Shown: positions 54,855 to 63,082 of the stretch, piece after piece
How the letters are laid out: each line of letters begins with the position of its first letter
How positions within the stretch are numbered: the stretch's first letter is position 1
Assembly (NCBI GenBank): GCA_003166915.1
Contig: PMUK01000155.1
Location: 5,600 to 69,599 of the forward strand
Direction: 5' to 3'
DNA: 64,000 nt
Source of the DNA: Vulcanimicrobiota bacterium
GTDB lineage: Bacteria; Vulcanimicrobiota; Vulcanimicrobiia; Vulcanimicrobiales; Vulcanimicrobiaceae
The notes under the pieces: generated by a model
The model's input: only the letters and a program-made list of their open reading frames with translations
What the model was told of the DNA's origin: nothing
Database searches by the model: none
Program-made: the position numbers and the translations under genes

Positions 54855-55064
54855 TTAGCCGCTACGCGAGCGCGAGCCGAACCACGCGCGAACGCCGATC
54901 ATGATGAGTCCGGCGGCGATTGCAGCGAGCATGATCGCGACCATTTCGTTGAAATGATGTGGAACGAGCGTTCGCACCAGCAGATAAACCGCGGCGACGA
55001 AAATGATGAGGAAAAAGCCGAGCCAGGCGATTTCCGTCGAGACGGACGACGGCGGTTGCGGCAT
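54855..55064 (-). CDS. Small two-TM membrane protein (unknown function)
   Basis: 69 aa with two hydrophobic helices. It ends 4 nt before the TrmH-family gene start, so it is probably co-transcribed. Confidence 0.4.
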   Translation of the reverse strand: MPQPPSSVSTEIAWLGFFLIIFVAAVYLLVRTLVPHHFNEMVAIMLAAIAAGLIMIGVRAWFGSRSRSG

Positions 55065-55116
55065 TGAGGTTTCTTAGCTACGAGGCGCGGCCGGGCCGTT
55101 CCGCTAAGTCACGCGG

Positions 55117-55671
55117 ATGGATCGAGCGCCGGGCATTATCGAATCGCGCCGGGTTTTCAAAGGCCGCGTGTTCTCGGTTCGCATCGATGAGGTCGAGTAC
55201 GACGACGGAAGCACCCATCGCGTCGACGTCGTCGAACACGGCGCGTCCGTCGCGATCGTTGCGACTCCGGCAAGTGATGAGCTGGTTTTGGTACGCCAAT
55301 ATCGTCACTCGGCCGGGACCTCGCTCTGGGAGATTCCGGCGGGCACGTGCGAATCCGGTGAGACGTTGCTCGATGGCGCGGCCCGAGAGCTTCGGGAGGA
55401 GACAGGCTATAATGCCGGACTGCTTACGAAGATCGGGTCCTTTTGGACGACCCCCGGATTCTGCTCGGAAGTCATGCATTTTTTCCATGCCGACCAGCTC
55501 GTGGAGGGCGTCACCGATTTCGACGAAGACGAGCGAATCGAGGTGGGTCGATTCACACAGCAGGCGGCATGGCGCCTGGTCGTTAACGGCGCGGCCGACG
55601 CGAAGACGGTACTGGCTTTATTCTGGCTGGAGGGCGGGCGAGGTAAAATTGCAAGTCACGTCGGTCGATAG
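55117..55671 (+). CDS. NUDIX hydrolase (ADP-ribose pyrophosphatase-like)
   Basis: 184 aa with the Nudix box G.WEIPAGTCESGETLLDGAARELREETGY. Confidence 0.88.
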   Translation: MDRAPGIIESRRVFKGRVFSVRIDEVEYDDGSTHRVDVVEHGASVAIVATPASDELVLVRQYRHSAGTSLWEIPAGTCESGETLLDGAARELREETGYNAGLLTKIGSFWTTPGFCSEVMHFFHADQLVEGVTDFDEDERIEVGRFTQQAAWRLVVNGAADAKTVLALFWLEGGRGKIASHVGR

Positions 55672-55749
55672 TTGTATGTAGGAGGCATTCTGTGTGTCGC
55701 CGACCGTTGCTATTCTACACGGTGGATTCTGATTCGGTCTTGGAGGTTA

Positions 55750-56028
55750 ATGGTGGAAATACCCAGCGACATTGATTCCGTGATCAAACGACTATTGGAG
55801 CCGCTGCGCGTCGGTCCGGAAGAATCGGTGCTGGCCCCTGAAGACGAAGCGTATTTGAGCTCGCTCATCGCGTCGGTCCGGCTGGGGCGCCGCTCGGTCT
55901 TGATCGTCGAGGACGCCGACGAGCGCCTTCGCTTTATGTTTAGCAATGCGACGCGCGCCGAAGCAGTAACGATGTTGGGTAAGGTCGTCGAAGCTACCGG
56001 CCGCCGTCTTGCCGACGGTGACGACTAG
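55750..56028 (+). CDS. Hypothetical protein
   Basis: 92 aa from ATG 55750, preceded by GGAGG (55742-55746). It is acidic and I recognise no family. The longer track ORF start (55672) lacks an RBS. Confidence 0.4.
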   Translation: MVEIPSDIDSVIKRLLEPLRVGPEESVLAPEDEAYLSSLIASVRLGRRSVLIVEDADERLRFMFSNATRAEAVTMLGKVVEATGRRLADGDD

Positions 56029-56046
56029 CGCCGGCGATCAAGCCGT

Positions 56047-57456
56047 TTACGCAGTGAGTCTGATTCCGTCGACCTTTCCCTGACCCGTAAGCTTGAAATC
56101 GTAATGATACTGTGCGTGCCGATAGCGCACGAGAAATTCGTACGAGGTCTCGCCGTTTGACTCTGCGGTGCTCGAAAGCGGTATGATGGACTGCAACGGT
56201 CCTAAAGCGGCAAGGTTTTGGTTTGCGACGAGGTCATCGGTTAGGTAAGCGCTGAAAGACGGCGTCAGCTCGTCGCGGCGCACACGACCCGAAGCCAACA
56301 GGGTTAGCCACTCTTTCGCCCGCTCGATTATCGCATTGTCCAGATGCGCCATCGTCGGCGGCACGATCAAGTCGAGGATGCGCGCGCCGAGCCCTTCGGG
56401 AATCGTCGTCGGCAAGTGCAGCGAATCGGCGTTGGAAAAGACGATGACGCCGATGTGTTGCTCGGGTAAGAGCGCGTTCGTCGTTCGGTAACCGGCGATA
56501 TCTCCATCGGACCAGACGAAATCCTTGCCACCGCGCCGATCGATGACCCAGCCCATTCCGTAGCGCGTCGGCCCACTGTCGGCGCCGGGAGCGAACATCG
56601 TTTGTACGGCGTCGACACGCAGCAAAATCGGCATCGCGATATCCCATTTTGCAAGATCGTAGATCGTTGTGACCAAGCCTGCATCGCCGCCGAGCCACGA
56701 GGGATCCTCGACCGGCGCGCGGTCGAATCCATAGGAGCCGCGCGTGTACCCGATCGCGTGCCCTGGAGAGATGCCGCTGTCGCCGGCAAGAAACGTGTGA
56801 TCCATGATCAGCGGAATAAAGATGTGCTGCTCGAGATAATCGGAGAGGGGAACGCCGCTGGTGCGTTCGACGATCAATGCAGCCAACAGGTAATTTATTG
56901 GATCGTTTGCATACACGGTGCCGGGTGCGGCGGCCAGCTTCGTGTGATCGAGCGACGTCAGGAGATTGGCGATTTTGATCGGTTGCGTCCGATCGGCGGA
57001 AAGGCCCGGAATCTTCGACGACGGCGGAAGTCCGGAGGTTTGCGTAAGCAGCTGGGCGATCGTGATCCCGGCGCCGGAGCGAAACTCGGGAATGTACTTG
57101 GTGATGTGGTCGCCGAGCACGAGCTTCCCGTCTTGCGCAAGCAGCAAAATGGCCGCGGCGGTAAACTCTCTGGTGAGGCCGCTGGCGTAGAACTGCGTAT
57201 CCGCCGTCATGGGTACGTGTTTGTTGAGGTCGGCGAACCCAAAACCGCGCGAGTAGACGATCCGGCCGTCCTCGACGATTCCGATGGCGACGCCGGGCGT
57301 GCGCCCCGCGTGGATCTGTGCCTTCGCCATCTGGTCGATGCGGTCGGAAAGCGCTTGCGTTAAGGCAACGCCGGTATCGGCCCTTGCCGGCATCCCAGCC
57401 TGCGCCAGAACGAAGAGCGATATCGCCGTCGCAAAGACGGGGCTCAAACGTCCCAT
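56047..57456 (-). CDS. Secreted beta-lactamase-fold serine hydrolase family protein with an extra C-terminal domain
   Basis: 469 aa with a signal peptide (AISLFVLAQAGMPARA|D). It shows the class-C/PBP4*-like fold pattern (GVAIGIVEDGRIVYSRGFGFADL..., LLTQTSGLP). The canonical SxxK and H/K-T/S-G motifs look altered; see the finding. Confidence 0.75.
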   Translation of the reverse strand: MGRLSPVFATAISLFVLAQAGMPARADTGVALTQALSDRIDQMAKAQIHAGRTPGVAIGIVEDGRIVYSRGFGFADLNKHVPMTADTQFYASGLTREFTAAAILLLAQDGKLVLGDHITKYIPEFRSGAGITIAQLLTQTSGLPPSSKIPGLSADRTQPIKIANLLTSLDHTKLAAAPGTVYANDPINYLLAALIVERTSGVPLSDYLEQHIFIPLIMDHTFLAGDSGISPGHAIGYTRGSYGFDRAPVEDPSWLGGDAGLVTTIYDLAKWDIAMPILLRVDAVQTMFAPGADSGPTRYGMGWVIDRRGGKDFVWSDGDIAGYRTTNALLPEQHIGVIVFSNADSLHLPTTIPEGLGARILDLIVPPTMAHLDNAIIERAKEWLTLLASGRVRRDELTPSFSAYLTDDLVANQNLAALGPLQSIIPLSSTAESNGETSYEFLVRYRHAQYHYDFKLTGQGKVDGIRLTA

Positions 57457-57501
57457 AGGTCGAGGATTAGGTATCGAGCGTCGCCCGCCTTTTGGGCCTC
57501 T

Positions 57502-57861
57502 TCATTTTTGCGCCGCCTGCCGGGCGAGATTCAGCAGCGCGCCAAATGCCCTTTGATCCGAAATGGCGAGCTCGGCAAGCGCCTTGCGGTTCAGCGTCAC
57601 CCCAGACTTCTTGAGGCCGTGCATGAAAACCGAGTAGGAGAGGCCTTCCCGGCGGACCGCCGCATTGATCCGGCTGATCCAAAGTGAGCGGAAATCCCGC
57701 TTTCTGACGCGGCGGTCGCGAAACGCATAGGCCAGCGACTTGAGCAACGCTTCGTTTGCAACGCGATAGTTGCGGCGGCGAGCGGCGCGAAAGCCCTTGA
57801 CCAGCTTCATCACCTTGCGGCGATGTTTGAGACCTCCAACCGCGCGTTTAACACGTGCCAT
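57502..57861 (-). CDS. rplT: 50S ribosomal protein L20
   Basis: 119 aa: MARVKRAVGGLKHRRKVMKLVKGFRAARRRNYRVANEA... Confidence 0.97.
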   Translation of the reverse strand: MARVKRAVGGLKHRRKVMKLVKGFRAARRRNYRVANEALLKSLAYAFRDRRVRKRDFRSLWISRINAAVRREGLSYSVFMHGLKKSGVTLNRKALAELAISDQRAFGALLNLARQAAQK

Positions 57862-57878
57862 TCTCTACGCTCTCCTTG

Positions 57879-58085
57879 TTAGAACAGATAGGGAATCGTT
57901 GGCGCCAAACGCTTCAGATCGCCCTTGAAAGTCGGCTGATCTTTGCGGAACTTGCGCTTACGCTTGCGGCTTTTCTTGCTCAGAATATGACCGCAGCCGT
58001 CGAATTGATGGCGGTGAAGCAGTTTACCGGTCCCGGTGACCTTCACGCGCTTGGCGGTTCCTCGATGGGTTCGAATCTTAGGCAC
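57879..58085 (-). CDS. rpmI: 50S ribosomal protein L35
   Basis: 68 aa: MPKIRTHRGTAKRVKVTGTGKLLHRH... 8-nt overlap with the infC stop. Confidence 0.95.
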   Translation of the reverse strand: MPKIRTHRGTAKRVKVTGTGKLLHRHQFDGCGHILSKKSRKRKRKFRKDQPTFKGDLKRLAPTIPYLF

Positions 58086-58680
58086 TGGCTTGCTCCTCGG
58101 CGACCGTCTCGGTGGCGGTTGGCTTTTGCTCTTTTTCGCGAGTGACTGAAAACTTTGGTGGACCGGTCGGTGTAACTCGCGGCGCTAGAATCATGAACAT
58201 GTTCTTGCCCTCGAGCCGCGGCTCTCGCTCTACAATTGCCAGAGACGCCATGTCTTCGGCCATCCGATCGAGCAGGCGGCGTCCGAACGACGTGTACGTG
58301 ATCTCTCGACCGCGAAACATGATCGTCACTTTGATCTTGCTCCCGTCGAGCAGCAGCCGCTCCGCCATTCTTGCTTTCGTTTCATAGTCATGCGTCTCGA
58401 TCTTTGGCCGCAGCTTCACTTCCTTGAGCTCGAAGTGGCGCTGCTTCTTGCGTGCGTCCTTGTCTTTTTTCGACTGTTCGTATTTCAAACGTCCGAAATC
58501 GGCGATCTTGCAGACCGGCGGTTGAGCCGTCGGCGAAACTTCGATCAAATCGAGTCCGGCGAGTCGTGCCCGCGCTAACGCTTCTTCGGTTGGCAGAATT
58601 CCGAGTTGCTCGCCGTTTTCGTCGATCACCCGAACCGAACGAATGCGAATCTGATCGTTAACTCGCAGGGGTCTTGCTAT
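58078..58680 (-). CDS. infC: Translation initiation factor IF-3, probable non-AUG (AUA) start
   Basis: The IF-3 sequence begins at IARPLRVNDQIRIRSVRVIDENGEQLGI..., which aligns with the Bacillus IF-3 N-terminus as I recall it (roughly ...INEQIRAREVRLID...). An in-frame ATA at 58680 lies 8 nt after GGAG. The track ATG (58776) adds 32 non-homologous residues, lacks an SD and spans a terminator-like hairpin. Confidence 0.9.
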   Translation of the reverse strand: MARPLRVNDQIRIRSVRVIDENGEQLGILPTEEALARARLAGLDLIEVSPTAQPPVCKIADFGRLKYEQSKKDKDARKKQRHFELKEVKLRPKIETHDYETKARMAERLLLDGSKIKVTIMFRGREITYTSFGRRLLDRMAEDMASLAIVEREPRLEGKNMFMILAPRVTPTGPPKFSVTREKEQKPTATETVAEEQASA

Positions 58681-58692
58681 GAGCTCATCTCC

Positions 58693-58722
58693 AAATAAAA
58701 AAGGCGCTGCCGGAGCAACCCC
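58693..58722 (-). promoter_or_regulatory. Terminator-like hairpin plus U-tract directly upstream of the infC SD (possible L20-type attenuator)
   Basis: The minus-strand RNA reads GGGGUUGC-UCCG-GCAGC(G)CC followed by UUUUUUAUUU, then GGAG-N8-AUA. There is no room for a promoter between the hairpin and infC. Confidence 0.45.
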
Positions 58723-58839
58723 ACTGCGGAACCAGCCGTAAGTTCCTTCGGTGAAGACCGGATCGCCCGTAGGCATCCGGTGAGCGGAGCGACCCGCTGC
58801 TTCGGCTCGCCAACCATATCACGCCGGGCCAGGGGAGTG

Positions 58840-60132
58840 TCAAGGGCGAGCGTGGAGCGAGCCTACCGCGCCGGCGAAGCCGTCGAGAAGATATGCGATC
58901 GCCTCATCGTCGATGACCAGTGGCGGCGCGATGCGCAGGACGTATTCGCGGGTTTCCTTGGCTGCGATGCCGCGTTCGAGCAAAGCCTCGGCGAGCCGGC
59001 TTGCCGGGACCGTGAGCTGGACGCCCAGGAGCAGCCCACGTCCGCGAATCTCGGCGATCAGAGGCGATGCCAGCGCGCGCAGCCCTTGCATGATGGCAGC
59101 CCCCGCGTAGCGCGACCGGGCCGCGAGATTTTCGGAGACGATGACGTCGAGCGCGGCGTCGGCTACCGCGCAGCCCAGCGGATTTCCGCCGAAGGTGCTG
59201 CCGTGATCGCCGGGCTGGAAAAGATTCATCAACTCGTCGCTTGCCAGCGCTGCGGAGACCGGGTAGAATCCGCCCCCGAGCGCCTTGCCGACGATCAAGA
59301 CGTCGGGCTTTACGCCGTCGTAGTCGCAGGCGAAAAGGTCCCCCGTCCGCCCAAATCCGGTCTGTACCTCGTCGGCCAGCAGCAATATCTCGTGCTCGCG
59401 GCAGAGCGCCCACACGCGCTTGAGATAGCCGGCCGGCGGTACGATGACCCCGCCTTCACCTTGAATCGGCTCGATGAGAACGGCAGCGGTCTGGGGCGTC
59501 AGGGCCCGCTCGAGCGCATCCGCGTCGCCGAACGGAACGACGACAAAACCAGGCAGAAAAGGCCCGAAGCCGGCGCGATATTCTTCCGTCGTGCTGGCGC
59601 TGACGGCGGCCAGGGTCCGGCCGTGAAAGTTGTTCGAGAAGACGACGATCGTAGCGTCATCGGGGGCGATGCCCTTGCGCACGTACCCCCAGCGCCGCGC
59701 GAGTTTAATCGCCGTTTCGACAGCCTCGACGCCGGTGTTCATCAGCAGCGCTTTTTCGTAACCGCAGAGGCGCGTGAGTTTTTCGAGAAATCCCGGCATC
59801 CGATCGTTGCGCATCGCGCGCGAAGTCAGCGTGAGCCGGCGAGCTTGGTCGACGAGTGCCGCGTAGATGCGTGGGTGACAATGGCCTTGGTTGAGTGCGG
59901 AGTACGCGCTGACGCAGTCGAGATAACGCTTGCCGCTAACGTCCCAGAGCCAAACGCCCTCGGCCCGCTCGACCACCAGGTCCAGCGGGGCGTAGTTATG
60001 TGCGCCGTAGCGCTCTTCGAGCGCGATGAACTCTCGCGCTTGCTCCGAGAGGAGATGCACCTCTCCCGTCTTAAGGACACGCCCTTGGCTACCTGCTTCG
60101 ACCGGCTCGAGCGACTCGTCGCTCGCGATCAT
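58840..60132 (-). CDS. rocD: Ornithine--oxo-acid aminotransferase (class-III PLP aminotransferase)
   Basis: 430 aa. YGAHNYAPLDLVVERAEGVWLWDVSGKRYLDCVSAYSALNQGHCHPRI is a close match to the RocD/OAT signature. The PLP-lysine region is DVLIVGKALGGG. Confidence 0.9.
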   Translation of the reverse strand: MIASDESLEPVEAGSQGRVLKTGEVHLLSEQAREFIALEERYGAHNYAPLDLVVERAEGVWLWDVSGKRYLDCVSAYSALNQGHCHPRIYAALVDQARRLTLTSRAMRNDRMPGFLEKLTRLCGYEKALLMNTGVEAVETAIKLARRWGYVRKGIAPDDATIVVFSNNFHGRTLAAVSASTTEEYRAGFGPFLPGFVVVPFGDADALERALTPQTAAVLIEPIQGEGGVIVPPAGYLKRVWALCREHEILLLADEVQTGFGRTGDLFACDYDGVKPDVLIVGKALGGGFYPVSAALASDELMNLFQPGDHGSTFGGNPLGCAVADAALDVIVSENLAARSRYAGAAIMQGLRALASPLIAEIRGRGLLLGVQLTVPASRLAEALLERGIAAKETREYVLRIAPPLVIDDEAIAYLLDGFAGAVGSLHARP

Positions 60133-60168
60133 CCCGGCGTCTCCCTAAGCGGCCGCACCCGAGCGTAC

Positions 60169-60954
60169 GTGCACGGCGAACGGCGTCCGCGAGCGGTCGT
60201 CTTGCTCCACGGAATGAGCGCGAGTCCCGCGCAGTTCGAACGGGTCGCGGCCGATCTTTTTGACCGGGGGCATAACGTGGTGGTGCCGCGCTTGCCGCGA
60301 CACGGACACGCGGATCGGCTTTCGACTGCACTCGAGCGTTTACGCCCCGAAGATCTTTACCGAGCGGTCGACGAGTATGTCACGGTCGCGCGCGAGTTGG
60401 GCGAGCGCGTAACGGTCGCCGGTTTTTCACTGGGCGGCCTGCTCGCCGCGTGGATCGGTCAGCATTTCGAAGTGGATCGCTGCGTGCCCATCGCTCCGTT
60501 CTTTGGAATCGCGTTGATACCGAATCGTTTGATGAACACCGTCGCCGAACGCTTGCTCCGCGTACCGAATCGATTTCTTTGGTGGAACCCGATCTTGCGG
60601 GATCGTCATATCGCGGCGTGCGGTTATCCGCGCTATACGACTCACGCAATCGCGCACTCGTATCGGATCGCACGGTCGCTTCTCGACGAGGCTCTGACGA
60701 CTTCTCCGGGCGCTCAGCACGTGACGATCGTCACCAACGCCGCGGAGGTCGCCGTGAACAACCACGCGGTTCGCCGGCTTTACCGGCGGTGGCGGCGGCA
60801 TCGTCCCGACAGCGTCGAGCTCGCCGTTCTTACCGGCCTGCCCCTATCGCACGACATCGTCTCGCCGCTGCGAGCGTGGCGGCTCGCAGATCGCGTTCAT
60901 CCGACACTCGTGAACGCCATCGATCCGCTAGACGATCTGTCGGCGCTATTCTAA
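60169..60954 (+). CDS. Alpha/beta hydrolase
   Basis: This is the C-terminal third of the 724-aa track ORF. From GTG 60169 it reads VHGERRPRAVVLLHGMSASPAQF..., with the nucleophile elbow GFSLGG. The start is uncertain (TTG 60085 is also in frame). The upstream 1.3 kb of the ORF is antisense to rocD and is rejected. Confidence 0.65.
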   Translation: MHGERRPRAVVLLHGMSASPAQFERVAADLFDRGHNVVVPRLPRHGHADRLSTALERLRPEDLYRAVDEYVTVARELGERVTVAGFSLGGLLAAWIGQHFEVDRCVPIAPFFGIALIPNRLMNTVAERLLRVPNRFLWWNPILRDRHIAACGYPRYTTHAIAHSYRIARSLLDEALTTSPGAQHVTIVTNAAEVAVNNHAVRRLYRRWRRHRPDSVELAVLTGLPLSHDIVSPLRAWRLADRVHPTLVNAIDPLDDLSALF

Positions 60955-62507
60955 ATATAGCTCCGTAGTCTGGGCCAGTAGACGGCCAGCGGTTCCGTAA
61001 TTCCTTCGCATAGCGAGATCGGAAAGCCGTTTTCGAACGGCCGGCCCCATGGATTGTAAAACCGCGTGACGATCTGCCGCCTCCGGAATAAGTGCGTGTC
61101 GCCTTGGCAGTCGCCGTGGACGTCGATGAGAACGTTTCCGGTGTAGCCGTGGGTTCCCCACATCCAGAACTGATTGTTCCCGGAAAGCACCGGCGGAAGC
61201 CCGTACTGCGGTCCGAAGAAGTCGATTGCGGCCGCCTCTCCATAGTTGCTGGCGAGAATCGCCGCCTGTGCGCGCTGCGAGGGCGGCAACGAATGGTAGA
61301 GACGCGCCACGGTCATTGCCAACTCTTGCCATCCGTGCATATCCGCCCAATCCGGCGGTAAGTCTCCGATTTGAGTGCGCTCGCTGCGCGCGAGATCGAT
61401 GTTTCGTGCGATAACATCCTCGGCGATCCGGTCGTAGGCCGACATCGTCGCTTCCGGCAGAACCGGCATCAGCAGCGGGACTAGCACGATACCGGCAACC
61501 AGCACGTAGAATGCCAGCGCCGGCCGCCACGCGGTCGCGCGCGCCGTCCACGCTTCAATTGCAACGGCGCCGGCGGCGATCGGAATGGAGTAAACGTCGC
61601 CGGCATAATAGTTCTTGCCGTGAAAAACGCACATCGCAGCGATCAAGAGCAGATAGGCGACGCCGAGAAATCGCGTTGTGGAACGCTGCAGCAACAGCGC
61701 CAGACCGATCAGCCATACCGGCGCGAGCAGCGGATGCGTGACGAGCAACTGCGTCAGCACGAACTGTCCCGGCGTCAGGACGACGTTTCGATGCTCGCCG
61801 GCCGCGTGCAGCACCGTCCACATCGGGAATCCATGTGCGGCCTGCCAGAGGACGTTCGGCAGCGCGATCGCCGCCGCGACCAACACGCCGGCCACAAACC
61901 AGGGCGTGAGCAGCGCGCGCCGTTGCGGAAGTGCCAGTAGCGCGACGACGATCGCCGCGGCGAAAAGGATGATGGTGTACTTGCTCTCGATCGCAATGCC
62001 GACGATCGCGCCGACTGCCAGCCACCAGCGAGGATCGGCTCCCTTGACGATGCGCAGAACGTAGAGCGCCGCTAGCGGCCAGAGCCAGAGACCGACGGTA
62101 TCGGTGGAGAGTTTCGTTCCGAAAGCCATGAGGATGGGCGTGACCGCCGCGACCAGCGCTCCGAAGATTTCGGCGAACGCGCCGCCTCCGAGCTCGACCA
62201 CCAGCAGGCACGTCGTGTAGACCGATGCCGCGGCGAAGCACGCGCAGAGCGCTCGGACCGCAAACAGCGAGTGGCCGAAGAACTGCGTACCCGCCGCCAA
62301 GAGGGGCACGACCGGCGGCTGGTCGACATATCCCCAGGCCGGATGGAAACCGCAAATGATAAAGTACAGCTCGTCTCGGAAGAACCCATAATGGGGATTA
62401 CCAATAAGATGGACGGCCAGCGTCGCCAGTGCGGCGACGAGCGGAATTCTTCTGGCGAGCCTCGCGCGCATAGCCCTACTCATAAGCCATTCCGGCGAAG
62501 CCTGCAA
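60951..62507 (-). CDS. Glycosyltransferase family 39 (ArnT/PMT-like lipid-linked sugar transferase)
   Basis: 518 aa with more than 10 TM. The N-terminal loop motif is HYGFFRDELYFIICG...GYVDQPP. It has a soluble C-terminal domain. Confidence 0.85.
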   Translation of the reverse strand: MQASPEWLMSRAMRARLARRIPLVAALATLAVHLIGNPHYGFFRDELYFIICGFHPAWGYVDQPPVVPLLAAGTQFFGHSLFAVRALCACFAAASVYTTCLLVVELGGGAFAEIFGALVAAVTPILMAFGTKLSTDTVGLWLWPLAALYVLRIVKGADPRWWLAVGAIVGIAIESKYTIILFAAAIVVALLALPQRRALLTPWFVAGVLVAAAIALPNVLWQAAHGFPMWTVLHAAGEHRNVVLTPGQFVLTQLLVTHPLLAPVWLIGLALLLQRSTTRFLGVAYLLLIAAMCVFHGKNYYAGDVYSIPIAAGAVAIEAWTARATAWRPALAFYVLVAGIVLVPLLMPVLPEATMSAYDRIAEDVIARNIDLARSERTQIGDLPPDWADMHGWQELAMTVARLYHSLPPSQRAQAAILASNYGEAAAIDFFGPQYGLPPVLSGNNQFWMWGTHGYTGNVLIDVHGDCQGDTHLFRRRQIVTRFYNPWGRPFENGFPISLCEGITEPLAVYWPRLRSYI

Positions 62508-62536
62508 TGCCCAAGTCGTAAAAGCGGTCAGACATT

Positions 62537-63082
62537 ATGAAACGTTGTCCGTGGGCGAGCACGCCCGCCTTGATCGCTTACCACGATGCGGAGTGGGGCA
62601 AGCCGTTGCACGACGACGCCGGGCTCTTCGAATTCTTGGTGCTCGAAGGCGCGCAGGCCGGGCTGAGCTGGGAAACGATTCTGCGCAAACGCGACCGCTA
62701 TCGACAGCTCTTCGGCGGCTTCGATCCGGCCTTCGTTGCGAACGTGACGCCGTCGCGCATCAAACGGATGATGCTCGACCCTGGGATCGTTCGCAACCGC
62801 GCGAAGATCGAATCCGCCGTTTCAAACGCGCGGGCGTTGCTCTTGGTGCGTCAGGAGTTCGGCACGTTCGACGACTACGTTTGGCGTTTCGTCGACGGTA
62901 AGCCGATCCGTAACCGCTGGCGCCGGAGCGAGGAGGTCCCGGCTTCTACGCCGCAATCCGAAGCGATGACCAGCGACCTACGCAAGCGCGAGTTTCGCTT
63001 CGTCGGTCCGACGATCTGCTACGCGTTCATGCAGGCCGTGGGAATGGTCAACGATCATCTCTTGGATTGCGCGTGGCGATGA
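62537..63082 (+). CDS. tag: DNA-3-methyladenine glycosylase I
   Basis: 181 aa: CPWA....LIAYHDAEWGKPLHDD..LFEFLVLEGAQAGLSWETILRKR. Confidence 0.93.
   Translation: MKRCPWASTPALIAYHDAEWGKPLHDDAGLFEFLVLEGAQAGLSWETILRKRDRYRQLFGGFDPAFVANVTPSRIKRMMLDPGIVRNRAKIESAVSNARALLLVRQEFGTFDDYVWRFVDGKPIRNRWRRSEEVPASTPQSEAMTSDLRKREFRFVGPTICYAFMQAVGMVNDHLLDCAWR

Noticed and set aside
58780-60168. N-terminal two-thirds of the 724-aa plus-strand ORF 58780-60954
   Set aside because: This part runs antisense to rocD, which has a near-textbook ornithine aminotransferase signature, and it has no family resemblance. Only the portion downstream of about 60169 (GFSLGG alpha/beta hydrolase) looks real.
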